Assembly: GCA_964252655.1 (NCBI GenBank)
Contig: CAXUNR010000001.1
Span: forward strand, 151,863 to 215,862
DNA from: an uncultured Acidobacteriaceae bacterium
GTDB taxonomy: Bacteria > Acidobacteriota > Terriglobia > Terriglobales > Acidobacteriaceae
Length of the DNA: 64,000 nucleotides
Direction: 5' to 3'
This document shows, in pieces, positions 1-8,868 of the stretch (the stretch's first letter is position 1; each line of letters opens with the position of its first letter). A program made the translations under genes and the position numbers. The notes beneath the pieces were generated by a model. The model saw only the letters and a program-made list of their open reading frames with translations, had not been told where the DNA came from and made no database searches.

Positions 1-89
1 CTTCTTTCCCGATAGACCGAACGGACCGGGTTTGCTGTGTTGAAAACCCGACTTCCTGTCCCTTACACGAGTAAGATCAACGATTTCGT

Positions 90-746
90 TTGGAGACTTC
101 TTTGAACCTACGTTACGTTTTCTCCGCCGCTCTGTTTTTTGTTGCTTTGCCCGCCTTGGCGCGTGCCGAGACCATCACGAACTTCACCGGCGTCCTCACC
201 TCCTCAAGCTCTACCGAGCTTGGCCGACCGTTCCGCAGCGGAGTGCAGCAGACCTGGACCGGAGCGGAGGTCTATGACGGCAAGAACAATCCGACCGTAA
301 CCTTTGCCTACACGACCTATACCTTGCCCGCGTCGCTCTTTGCCGGTGCGCCGTATGTGGAGGTCTCGGTTCTCGATACCTTGAGTGGTGTCTCTGACTT
401 TGTGACCGCCTATTCAGGCTCCTTCAATGTGAACTCGCAAGGTTCGAACTGGCTTGGCGATGAAGGAGCGAGCGGAAATTACTTCGGTACGACTGACGCT
501 CGCTTCTTCGATGTGATTCTTCCTGTGGGGCAGAATCTTGTGCTTGTGCTCAACGACAGCTCGACCGCTGCGCTGAACGACCCTATCGATATAGAGGTGG
601 ATGCGTACGCCGACACCAACTATGACGATCCAGTGGTGACCCCTGAACCCTCTACCTTTGTGACGCTGGGTACAGGACTTGTCTGGGCTGCAGGGATGGC
701 ACGCCGGCGGCGCAAGGTCAAGGCGACGCATGGCTTAGAGGGCTAA
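90..746 (+). CDS. PEP-CTERM sorting-domain secreted protein
   Basis: N-terminal signal peptide (FSAALFFVALPALARA). The C-terminus has a TPEPSTF motif, a hydrophobic helix (VTLGTGLVWAAGMA) and an RRRRK basic tail, which is the classic PEP-CTERM/exosortase tag. The start is TTG, so the 5' end is uncertain. Confidence 0.7.
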   Translation: METSLNLRYVFSAALFFVALPALARAETITNFTGVLTSSSSTELGRPFRSGVQQTWTGAEVYDGKNNPTVTFAYTTYTLPASLFAGAPYVEVSVLDTLSGVSDFVTAYSGSFNVNSQGSNWLGDEGASGNYFGTTDARFFDVILPVGQNLVLVLNDSSTAALNDPIDIEVDAYADTNYDDPVVTPEPSTFVTLGTGLVWAAGMARRRRKVKATHGLEG

Positions 747-787
747 GCCGTAGGCGACGATGTTTCCGAAATACCGTGATTTTTCAC

Positions 788-825
788 AAAAGGAGGACAA
801 AGACGATCGTCTCTGTCCTCCTTTT
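788..825. terminator. Bidirectional intrinsic terminator hairpin between convergent genes
   Basis: aaaaggaggaca (788-799) pairs perfectly with tgtcctcctttt (814-825). The interior agacga/tcgtct is also self-complementary. A/T runs sit at both ends. It lies between the stop of the + gene (746) and the stop of the - gene (842). Confidence 0.6.
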
Positions 826-841
826 ATGATTGGAACGCAGA

Positions 842-1837
842 TCAGGAGCGGGCGTCGGGATCGGCAGCGGGTTCAGGACGCGCGCGCAGAAACTCGGTGA
901 TCTCGTTGTATTCCTGGTCGCTGAGCCGAAACTCCGCAGCCGGCAGTATGCCTTGCACCTGCTGGGCGTTGCGTCCGCCCACGATGGCGGCGGTGACGGC
1001 CGGGTTGTGCAGGGTCCATGCGATGGCGATCACGCCCGCGCTTACCTGGTGGCGGGCGCCAATCTCTGCCAGCAGGCGTGCCACATCCAGGTTGCGCGAG
1101 AGCAAGGGCTCTTGATACTGCTTGGCGCGTTTGCGGAAGTCGCTGTCTGGCATCTTCATGACGCGCTCTTTGGTCATGGCGCCGGTGAGCAGGCCGCTAT
1201 GCATGGGGGCATAGTTGATGACGCCGATCCCGTGGTCACGGCAGAAGGGCAGGATCTCCGGCTCCGCGCTGCGGTTGATCATCGAGTAGGGAGGCTGCAG
1301 CGAGGTGATGGGCGCAATTTTGAGGGCGCGTTCCATCTGCGCCACGTTGAAGTTCGAGACGCCGATGTGTTTGACTTTGCCTTCTCGCTGCAGTTCCGCC
1401 ATCGCCGTCCAACCCTCTTCCACTTCGGCATCGGGTACCGGCCAGTGAATTTGGTAAAGGTCGATGACCTCCACCTGCAGGCGACGCAGGCTCTGCTCCA
1501 CTTCGGTGCGTATCTTTTTCAGGGTTTGTACGATCTTGCGATCGTCACCCCACGTCATGCCGGCCTTAGTGAAGAGATAGGGCTTGTTGGTTACGCCTTG
1601 AAGTGCTTTGCCGACGATCTCCTCAGAGTGTCCGAGCCCATAGACTGCGGCATTGTCGATCCAGTTTATGCCGGCATCGAGGGCGGCCTTGATTGCGGCC
1701 GTCGAATCTGTGTCGTCCTGAGGCCCCCAGCCGTGCTGCCAATCGGCACCGCCGATCGCCCAAGCACCGAAGCCGATGGACGTAATTTGCATGTCCGAGT
1801 TTCCCAGCTGCCTGGTTGTTCCTAGTGTTTGCGCCAT
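842..1837 (-). CDS. Aldo/keto reductase family oxidoreductase
   Basis: 331 aa. The N-terminus LGNSDMQITSIGFGAWAIGG...DTDSTAAIKAALDAGINWIDNAAVYGLGHSEEIVGKAL is the typical AKR signature. The opposite-strand ORF 830-1825 is its shadow. Confidence 0.9.
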   Translation of the reverse strand: MAQTLGTTRQLGNSDMQITSIGFGAWAIGGADWQHGWGPQDDTDSTAAIKAALDAGINWIDNAAVYGLGHSEEIVGKALQGVTNKPYLFTKAGMTWGDDRKIVQTLKKIRTEVEQSLRRLQVEVIDLYQIHWPVPDAEVEEGWTAMAELQREGKVKHIGVSNFNVAQMERALKIAPITSLQPPYSMINRSAEPEILPFCRDHGIGVINYAPMHSGLLTGAMTKERVMKMPDSDFRKRAKQYQEPLLSRNLDVARLLAEIGARHQVSAGVIAIAWTLHNPAVTAAIVGGRNAQQVQGILPAAEFRLSDQEYNEITEFLRARPEPAADPDARS

Positions 1838-1996
1838 ATTGTCTAAGATGCAAAGCCGCTGCTGTCGGTCATTCTGGTGTCTGCGGGAACGAACAGGTTG
1901 CGGTGAATAGAATCTGGCTTAGCCGTTTTTCTCCGACGCAAAGCAACGAACCTTTCTCTGGCAAAACCAGGAGCGGGAACGAACTAGAATCGATGC

Positions 1997-2707
1997 ATGC
2001 AACCCGCTGCACTGTTTTTGCACGGACCCGATCCCCGGCTGACGGAGGTGCATCGCGCGCTGCTGGAGCACTACGGCCAGCCGCCGCCGCGTGTGCCGCG
2101 CGACCCGCTCTCGCAGCTGATCTATTCCTTGCTTGCCTCGCGTACCCGGACCGAGGATTCCGACGCCGCCATGCGCGGGCTGGCCAGTCGTTATGGTGCC
2201 GGAGACGCGGGATGGGACGCCCTGCGGGACGCACCGTTGGCTGAGATTGAGAGCGCGCTGCAGCAGGTTACCTTCGCGGAGGTGAAGGCGCCGCGTTTGA
2301 AGGCGATCCTAATGGGCATCTCCGAGCGCTACGGACAGCTTACCCTGGACTTCCTTGAGAAGTACCGTACGGAGAAAATTCGCGAGTGGCTGGAGAATTT
2401 TGAGGGTGTGGGAGCTCAAATTTCAGCCGCCGTGGTGAATTTTTCCACGCTGCGCCGGCGTGCGCTGTGTGTGGATGCGAACCACCTGCGGGTCGTGCAG
2501 CGACTGGCCCTGACCCCGCGGGCGGATGCGGCTACTACCGAAGTACGCCTGATGCGTCTGGTTCCGGACGATTGGAACGCGGCCATGCTCGATGAACACC
2601 ACGCGCTGGTGAAGCTGCATGCGCAGACAATATGCGTCTTCGCAGAGCCGCGCTGCTCGGCTTGTCCTTTGCTGAAGGTTTGTCCTTACGGCCAGAAAAG
2701 CAAGTAG
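1997..2707 (+). CDS. Endonuclease III-like HhH-GPD base-excision repair protein with Fe-S loop
   Basis: 236 aa with an HhH-GPD-like core. The C-terminal C-x6-C-x2-C-x5-C (CVFAEPRCSACPLLKVCPYG) is typical of the Nth/MutY 4Fe-4S cluster loop. Confidence 0.8.
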   Translation: MQPAALFLHGPDPRLTEVHRALLEHYGQPPPRVPRDPLSQLIYSLLASRTRTEDSDAAMRGLASRYGAGDAGWDALRDAPLAEIESALQQVTFAEVKAPRLKAILMGISERYGQLTLDFLEKYRTEKIREWLENFEGVGAQISAAVVNFSTLRRRALCVDANHLRVVQRLALTPRADAATTEVRLMRLVPDDWNAAMLDEHHALVKLHAQTICVFAEPRCSACPLLKVCPYGQKSK

Positions 2708-2825
2708 CTTGTCGGTTAATCTGCGGGAATGATAGAGAAAATGATCCGGTGACTCAAATGTGCCATTGTCACTGCGCCCGGGGGAGGGCATCTTGCAGGA
2801 AGGCATTACAGTTCTATAAATAGGA

Positions 2826-3008
2826 GTGTCCGTGCACAACAAAACACACACCCTGCGTGATGATCTGCACTTTATGCCGTGGCAGATCACGGCGTCTGAA
2901 GGCCTCAAACAGCCCTGTATTCTCGTCGCTACCATGCGCGGCAACGAGATCCAAACCATTTCCCTGCACGTTGCCGGGCCGCCCACGGGAGACGAGCAAT
3001 CCTGCTGA
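2826..3008 (+). CDS. Hypothetical small protein (about 58-60 aa)
   Basis: GTG starts at 2826 and 2832 are preceded by AGGAG (2822-2826). Third codon positions are mostly G/C, as in real genes here. I recognise no family, and competing overlapping ORFs exist. Confidence 0.3.
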   Translation: MSVHNKTHTLRDDLHFMPWQITASEGLKQPCILVATMRGNEIQTISLHVAGPPTGDEQSC

Positions 3009-3030
3009 GCCGCTCGTTTCACGGAGGCGT

Positions 3031-3840
3031 TTAGCTTTTCTCTTCCAGCCGCTCGACCAGCTCGTGCATGCGTCGGCTTAGGGTCTGGATCTCGCTTTCT
3101 GCCCGCACGTTTACCTCGAAGTCGAGCTCGGAGCGCAGCCGATCTTTTTTGTCCTGGCGGTTCTGGCTCATCATGATGACCGGTGCCTGGATGGCGGCCA
3201 GCATGGAGAGGAAGAGGTTCAGCAGGATGAACGGGTAGGGGTCCCACGCCTTGCCGCGCAGCAGGATGTTGACCAGGGTATAAATGGTCAACACGATGGC
3301 GAACAGGATGATGAACGTCCACGATCCTCCGAAGCTCGCGACCACGTCTGCCACTCGCTCGCCGAAGGTCTCTTCCTCCTCGAACAAGACGTTCGGGTTG
3401 CGGGTGGCGCGTGCGCGGATCAGCTCCTGCGAGGCGTGCATCTGACGCGCCACGACCGTCAGCATGTCCAGGCCGGCCAGAGGTTTGCGTTGGATGAGCA
3501 CCGAAATGTCGTTGCGGTCTACCTCCAGACACTGTGAGGTCTCGGTGGCGGTCGCTGTCGTCAGGTGCGCTGTGCCTTCGAGCATGGAGGCCAGACCGAA
3601 GAGCTCTCCGTGCTGCGGTTGGTCTACCAGCACCTCTTGCTGATCTTCATCGATGGTCAATACGGACACCGCGCCCTTGAGGAGCAGATAGGCGCGTCCA
3701 TCGGTATCCCCGATTTTGTAGATTTTTTGCCGCGCGGCGAAGGTTCGCAGCTCGACCTGCGAGGCCAGCACCGCCAGCTCTTCTTCGTCCAGCAACGAAA
3801 ATAGAGAGACGTGGCGAAGTTCCTTCGGATCACACGGCAT
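3031..3840 (-). CDS. Cyclic-nucleotide-binding domain fused to a DUF1003 membrane domain
   Basis: The N-terminus shows a cNMP-binding pattern (FSLLDEEELAVLASQVELRTFAARQKIYKIGD...GELFGLASMLEG). The C-terminus shows the DUF1003 signature (GGSWTFIILFAIVL...WDPYPFILLNLFLSMLAAIQAPVIMMSQNRQDKKDR). Confidence 0.8.
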   Translation of the reverse strand: MPCDPKELRHVSLFSLLDEEELAVLASQVELRTFAARQKIYKIGDTDGRAYLLLKGAVSVLTIDEDQQEVLVDQPQHGELFGLASMLEGTAHLTTATATETSQCLEVDRNDISVLIQRKPLAGLDMLTVVARQMHASQELIRARATRNPNVLFEEEETFGERVADVVASFGGSWTFIILFAIVLTIYTLVNILLRGKAWDPYPFILLNLFLSMLAAIQAPVIMMSQNRQDKKDRLRSELDFEVNVRAESEIQTLSRRMHELVERLEEKS

Positions 3841-3887
3841 TTCCCCCCCTTTTGGCTCCGCAACAGTTTACCGCTCCATCTGCACGG

Positions 3888-5771
3888 CTATTGTGACCGG
3901 TTCGAGAGGACCTCCTTGCCGCCGCCGCGCGCCACCACGTAGACCGGCCCGGGCAAGTGCAGCGCCGGCCGCTCCCGGTCTCCCGGGTCCTGCCAGAGGA
4001 AGATGCGTTGCGGGCCTGCCCATTTGGCCGCCAGCGACTCCCGCGTTTCAAAGATCTTTGGCGCGTCTGGAAAGAAGCTGCCGTACCAAAGATTGGAGCT
4101 TCGGCCCTCTACGATGTGCAGATCGTTCCGCCGCAGATAGAAGCCGAGCGTGCTTCCGGCCTCGTACTCGCCGTGGATGGCTACGAGGTCGTCGGGCTGT
4201 AGCTCCGGTGCGATTGTCTGCGCCAGAGCGTAGGAGCTGAGCACCGGCGCAAATGTCGCCAGCCCCCATTGCGCGGCTGCCAGGAATCCGAAGGCTGAGG
4301 CGGCGAGGGCCAGCGTTGCGGGATGCGGGCGGCTGGAGCGCCGGAGCGCCCAATGTGCTGTCGCTCCGACCAACAGCATGGCCGCGGTGAGTGCCAGCGG
4401 CCCGCGAAACAGGCCGAGCGCCGGGCCGTTCAGGTCCAGAAAATGGCCAAAGGAGAGGGCATAGTCCTCCGGATTGCGCGCCAGCAGCGCCGCCAGATCC
4501 GTTCCCGGAGCCGGTGCTCGCGTATGCGCGATCAGCCAGAGGCACACGCTTGCCGCGGCGACTCCGGCGCCCAACAGCAGCCACGCGGCCCGGCGCAAGG
4601 CGGTTTGCGCCCGCCCCGGGCTGTTCGCGTTTTGCAGAAGGCCGGATACCAACAGCATCATGGGCGGTAGCGACGGCAGCACGTAGTACTCCTGCCGCGT
4701 GGAGAGCGAAAAGAAGAGCAGCGGCAGCCCAGCCCAAATGGTCAGCAGGAGGCTGGTGCGGGAGTGCGCGCTCCATGCCCGGCCAAAGGCCCACGGAAGC
4801 ATCGCCGACCAGGGCATCAGCCAGACGGCAATCAAGCCGTAGAAGAGCAGCAGCGGCGAAGTGTCGTAGTCATGCGGCACACGTAGGTTGAGGTACCGGT
4901 ACACCTGCTCGTTGACGAAGTAGAACCAGGCCCACCCGTGCACGTTGCCGTCGGTCGGGTAGGGGACGATCCAGTGCCCATGGAGGTGCGCCAGATGTCC
5001 GGGATCGCCATGGCCCGGGTTGGCTAGCGCGATCAGCACATGCCAGGGCACGGCGATGGCCAGAAAGACCGCAGCTGACGAGAGTGGATGCAGCTCCCGC
5101 AATCGTGCCCAGGCTCCTCGCCAGCCGCGGGTCAGAAGCAGGTGCGCCGCCACGATCCCTAACGGAAAGACAATGCCGATCAACCCTTTGCTGAGCACGT
5201 TCAGGGCGCAGGCCGCGGCGAACCCCCAGCAGAGCCACCGCCGCGGGACCCCATTTTCCTGCTCCGTCCGCCAGTAGCTGAACACGGCCCAGGTCAGCAG
5301 CGCGCACACCAGCACGTCCGGCAGGTTGATGCGCGAGAAGATGAAGATGCCGAAGCTCGAGAGCGCGATGAGCCCGGCATAGAGTCCTGCCTGTGCCGCC
5401 TGAAAAGCTCGCCGCGCAAAGCCCTCGAGCGTGAGCGTGAGCGCCAGCACGCTCCCGGCCAACGGTACCCGGGTTGCCGCCGTCGAGACGCCGAACACTT
5501 TCATCGAGGCCGCCATCATCCAGTAATAGAGTGGAGCCTTTTCGAGATAGCGGATCCCGTTGGCATAGAGCGTTACCCAGTCGTGGCGCAGGAGCATCTC
5601 GCGCGCCACCTCTGCGTGTACGGAATCGGCATCGTCGAGCAGCGGCGGGCGGAAGAGCGTCCACGTGCCGTAGAAGGCGAGCCACAGCAGCGTCAGCGCG
5701 ATGCGGTTGGTCCGCACCGAACTTCGGACCAGTTTTGAGGCGGCTTCCACGCCCTTCAGACTACCCGACAC
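3888..5771 (-). CDS. GT39/ArnT-like (PMT_2) integral-membrane glycosyltransferase
   Basis: 627 aa and polytopic. The N-terminal region (LDDADSVHAEVAREMLLRHDWVTLYANGIRYLEKAPLYYW) matches the ArnT/PMT family loop with the acidic motif. Confidence 0.8.
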   Translation of the reverse strand: MSGSLKGVEAASKLVRSSVRTNRIALTLLWLAFYGTWTLFRPPLLDDADSVHAEVAREMLLRHDWVTLYANGIRYLEKAPLYYWMMAASMKVFGVSTAATRVPLAGSVLALTLTLEGFARRAFQAAQAGLYAGLIALSSFGIFIFSRINLPDVLVCALLTWAVFSYWRTEQENGVPRRWLCWGFAAACALNVLSKGLIGIVFPLGIVAAHLLLTRGWRGAWARLRELHPLSSAAVFLAIAVPWHVLIALANPGHGDPGHLAHLHGHWIVPYPTDGNVHGWAWFYFVNEQVYRYLNLRVPHDYDTSPLLLFYGLIAVWLMPWSAMLPWAFGRAWSAHSRTSLLLTIWAGLPLLFFSLSTRQEYYVLPSLPPMMLLVSGLLQNANSPGRAQTALRRAAWLLLGAGVAAASVCLWLIAHTRAPAPGTDLAALLARNPEDYALSFGHFLDLNGPALGLFRGPLALTAAMLLVGATAHWALRRSSRPHPATLALAASAFGFLAAAQWGLATFAPVLSSYALAQTIAPELQPDDLVAIHGEYEAGSTLGFYLRRNDLHIVEGRSSNLWYGSFFPDAPKIFETRESLAAKWAGPQRIFLWQDPGDRERPALHLPGPVYVVARGGGKEVLSNRSQ

Positions 5772-5794
5772 GCAGGCTGGAGGCCCCCGGTATC

Positions 5795-6889
5795 ATGGAA
5801 GGAGTGAGCACCCCTGCCTTCCCTGCACCCGCCACCCCCGGCCCTGCTACCGAGCTGCTCTTCGGCGATTGGTACCCGGCGGCGCGTGCCGGGACGCTGC
5901 GCCTTGGCAAGATGTCTACGGCGCTGCTGCTGGGGGTGCCCGTTCTGCTCGGCCGCAAGCTGGACGGGACGGTGTTCGCGATGCGCGACCTGTGCCCGCA
6001 TCGCGGTATCCCGCTCTCCGCGGGCTGGTTCGACGGCGAGACTGTCCAATGCAAGTACCACGGCTGGCGATTTGAGCCAGTGACTGGCCAGTGCCGTGAG
6101 ATTCCGTCGCTGACCGGCCTGGACATCCTGCAGCCCGAAAAGATTTACGCTACCAGCTATCCGTGCCAGGAGCGCGATGGTTACGCCTGGGTGTATCTTC
6201 CGGAGGCTGGTGCCGGCCGCATCCTAGCTACGCTGCCTCCGGTGCCGGAGGTGCCGAAATTTTCCGCGAAGTTTCGCTCCGCGCATCTGGTTGCCGACCT
6301 GCCCTGCAATGTCGACCACGGCATTATCGGCTTAATGGACCCGGCCCATGGGCCCTTCGTGCATCAGGCCTGGTGGTGGCGCAGCAGGGCTTCGATCCAC
6401 GAGAAACACAAGCACTTCGAGCCGATTCCGCAAGGCTTCCGTATGAGTGCGCATGCGCCTTCGGGGAACTCCGCGCCTTACAAGCTGCTGGGCGTCTACG
6501 GCGAGCCGATTACGACGACGATCGATTTTGTTTTGCCCAACCGCCGCGTGGAGACCATCCGCTGCGGGGACAAGTGGTTTTCCTCGCTGACGACAATCAC
6601 CCCGGTGACGGCGTCTACCTGCCGGATCGACGTGGCCGCCGCCTGGAATGTCTTCTACGGGGTTCCCGGAGTGACCTGGCTGGCCCGTCTGTTTGGTGCA
6701 CGCTTTGTCCGGCAGGATCAGGAGACGATGATCGAGCAGGCGGAGGGGCTACGCGCACACCCCGCCCTCATGTTGATTGACGACGCGGACAAGCCCGCCA
6801 AGTGGTACTTTGCATTGAAGCAGGCGCGGCTGACGGGGACCGGAGTTCACCCCTTGAGCGGCCCGGTGACGCTCCACTGGCGGAGCTGA
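5795..6889 (+). CDS. Rieske [2Fe-2S] non-heme-iron oxygenase (PaO/Tic55-like alpha subunit)
   Basis: Rieske motif CPHRGIPLSAGWFDGETVQCKYHGWRF, followed by a mononuclear-iron region (NVDHGIIGLMDPAHGPFVH). The ATG at 5795 is chosen because the upstream part of ORF 5474-6889 is an Arg/Pro-rich shadow of the GT39 gene. Confidence 0.85.
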   Translation: MEGVSTPAFPAPATPGPATELLFGDWYPAARAGTLRLGKMSTALLLGVPVLLGRKLDGTVFAMRDLCPHRGIPLSAGWFDGETVQCKYHGWRFEPVTGQCREIPSLTGLDILQPEKIYATSYPCQERDGYAWVYLPEAGAGRILATLPPVPEVPKFSAKFRSAHLVADLPCNVDHGIIGLMDPAHGPFVHQAWWWRSRASIHEKHKHFEPIPQGFRMSAHAPSGNSAPYKLLGVYGEPITTTIDFVLPNRRVETIRCGDKWFSSLTTITPVTASTCRIDVAAAWNVFYGVPGVTWLARLFGARFVRQDQETMIEQAEGLRAHPALMLIDDADKPAKWYFALKQARLTGTGVHPLSGPVTLHWRS

Positions 6890-6901
6890 TCTGCCCGGGC
6901 G

Positions 6902-7594
6902 CTATCGGGCCCGCGCCAGCGCCGTCTGCAACAAGGGTATGCCGCCTTCACGCACTCTTCCGTGTCCGCACGCAAATCGCTGCACCGGGTAGGCCAGCAG
7001 TTTTTCCGCGCTCTTGCAGGCCAGCGCTTTGTTCCAGGTGGCGATGTTCGGCAGCGGGAAATACCACGGGGCGTAACCGGAGACGGCCAGTCTGCCTACC
7101 CCGGCCAGGGCGTCCCCAGCATAGAGCGTTCCGTCGCGTTCATCGAGAAAAGAGACTTGCCCGGGGATGTGCCCCGGCGTTGCAATCACCCGCAGAGAGC
7201 CATAGAGCTCGCCTTCTTTCAGGATCTTGCCAGGCACGGCGCGGATGCCTGGAACCCCGCCTTTGATCTTGCCCTGCGGTTCCCCCGGCAGCAAGCTTTT
7301 ATCCGGCGGCGTCCGCAGCAGGGGCAGACTGCGTTCGCTCGCGGCTACCTCCACTGAGGGTAGCTGTTTCAAGATGCCGTTGACCGACCCTACATGGTCC
7401 ACGTGGGCGTGGGTCAATGCAATGCGCCGCAGTACGCCTCCCCGATCCCGAACAGCCTTCAAAATGCCATTCTCCGATCCGCCAATCGCGGAGTCGATCA
7501 GGGTCCATCCGTCGCTCTCGCGGACTAGGTAGCAGTTGACGAGCTTAAGGCGAGTGAGCTGAAACGAATTTTCAGAGATTTGACGGATACGCAT
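6902..7594 (-). CDS. MBL-fold metallo-hydrolase
   Basis: HxHxDH motif (LTHAHVDHVGS) and a later GHIPG histidine. The ATG at 7594 (MRIRQISENSFQL) is chosen, because the upstream 111 codons of the ORF do not look protein-like. Confidence 0.8.
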   Translation of the reverse strand: MRIRQISENSFQLTRLKLVNCYLVRESDGWTLIDSAIGGSENGILKAVRDRGGVLRRIALTHAHVDHVGSVNGILKQLPSVEVAASERSLPLLRTPPDKSLLPGEPQGKIKGGVPGIRAVPGKILKEGELYGSLRVIATPGHIPGQVSFLDERDGTLYAGDALAGVGRLAVSGYAPWYFPLPNIATWNKALACKSAEKLLAYPVQRFACGHGRVREGGIPLLQTALARAR

Positions 7595-7816
7595 GTTTTT
7601 TAGAGTCTGCGCTTGGTAAGCGGACGCACTTTCTTCCAGGCATCCATAGCAACCAAACGTCAGTACGCTTTCTGAGCGGCACAGCCGGACTGTACCTGCT
7701 TTGCTGAAGCGGAATGCATCTATCTTGTCAGGCGATCCTGAACATTCGGTGTTCCAGGCGCCTAGCAATTCTCGCCGCATCGTACCGATGAACGGCAGAC
7801 AGCAGAGGAGAACAGC

Positions 7817-8833
7817 ATGGCAAGCAGTCGACGTACGTTCGTTACCGCCGCGGGAGCGATTGCCGCGGCAGGAATAGGAGGAATGGCAATGGCACAGGAA
7901 ACAAAGGGCGGGAACGCCGGCGCGCACGAGCAGGCACGCATCGATGGACAGATCTGGGATGGTGAGATCTGGAATGCGCCCTTAAAAGGCAAGGTCGCCG
8001 TAATTACGGGAGCCGCGCGGGGAATCGGGCGCTCGATTGCCGTGGCAATGGCGGCGAACGGGGCAGACATTGTGGGAATCGACATCAATGCTTCGGTGTC
8101 GCCGATCGTTCAGTATGTCGCTGCAACACCTAGCGATCTTGAAGAGACCGGCAAGCTGGTGAAGCAGCGCGGACGTAAGTTCCTTGGGATCACGGCAGAT
8201 ATCCGTGACCGCGCGGCGCTAAAGGCAGCAGCGACGCAGGCAACGCAGACCATGGGGCACGTGGATATTGTGGTGGCAGACGCGGCTATTCAGGCGTTCA
8301 AGCCTCTGCTCGAGATGGAAGATCACGACTGGGACGACGTCATCACAAATAACCTGACCGGGAGTTGCAACACGCTGCGAGCGTTTGCGCCGGCTATGGT
8401 GCAGCAGGGCAAGGGCGGGCGGATTATCTTCATCTCTTCCATGCAGGGGCGGTACGGAACCAAGAACGGGTCTGCTTATTCCGCTTCCAAGTGGGGCATC
8501 ATCGGCTTGATGAAGAGCGCGGCGCTTGAGTTGGGTAAGTACAAGATCACCGTGAACACGATTGAGCCTGGACTCATCGATACCGCGATGACACGTAACG
8601 ACAAGCGGTGGAGCGAAGCAGTAGGAGAGACGATGACGACGCCTCCTCCCGAGCATCCGAGCGAGGCGGAGACCGCGAAAGCCAAGTTGCCAAGGACGCC
8701 CTTGGGTGTGCCGTGGCTGCAGCCGGAAGAGGTAGCGCCGGTAGCGGTATTTCTGGCTACGGACGCGGCCAAGATGGTGACCGGGGCCTGCTATGACGTG
8801 AATGGCGGAGACAGCGCGCACGATCTGGGCTAG
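7817..8833 (+). CDS. SDR-family oxidoreductase with a twin-arginine (Tat) signal peptide
   Basis: GAGGAG lies 6 nt upstream of the ATG. The N-terminus MASSRRTFVTAAGAIAAAGIGGMAMA|Q has an SRRxF Tat motif and an AxA cleavage site. Rossmann motif TGAARGIGR, and catalytic YSASK. Confidence 0.85.
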   Translation: MASSRRTFVTAAGAIAAAGIGGMAMAQETKGGNAGAHEQARIDGQIWDGEIWNAPLKGKVAVITGAARGIGRSIAVAMAANGADIVGIDINASVSPIVQYVAATPSDLEETGKLVKQRGRKFLGITADIRDRAALKAAATQATQTMGHVDIVVADAAIQAFKPLLEMEDHDWDDVITNNLTGSCNTLRAFAPAMVQQGKGGRIIFISSMQGRYGTKNGSAYSASKWGIIGLMKSAALELGKYKITVNTIEPGLIDTAMTRNDKRWSEAVGETMTTPPPEHPSEAETAKAKLPRTPLGVPWLQPEEVAPVAVFLATDAAKMVTGACYDVNGGDSAHDLG

Positions 8834-8868
8834 CTGAACGGGGGTGGCGCAGACGGTAGTCCATCCCG

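Noticed and set aside
830-1825. 331-aa plus-strand ORF exactly mirroring the aldo/keto reductase gene.
   Set aside because: It is a shadow ORF typical of GC-rich DNA. It is rich in Arg, Gly and Ala with no recognisable motif, while the minus-strand frame has a clear AKR signature.
2423-3532. 369-aa minus-strand ORF spanning the endonuclease III-like gene, the intergenic region and part of the DUF1003 gene.
   Set aside because: Its composition is Arg/Pro/Gly-rich, it overlaps two well-supported genes, and I recognise no family.
5474-5794. N-terminal 107-codon extension of the Rieske oxygenase ORF. Analogous extensions are at 7595-7927 (MBL hydrolase) and 53514-53984 (GatB/YqeY).
   Set aside because: The extensions overlap neighbouring genes on the other strand and have non-protein-like composition. 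Internal ATGs coincide with the start of family homology.
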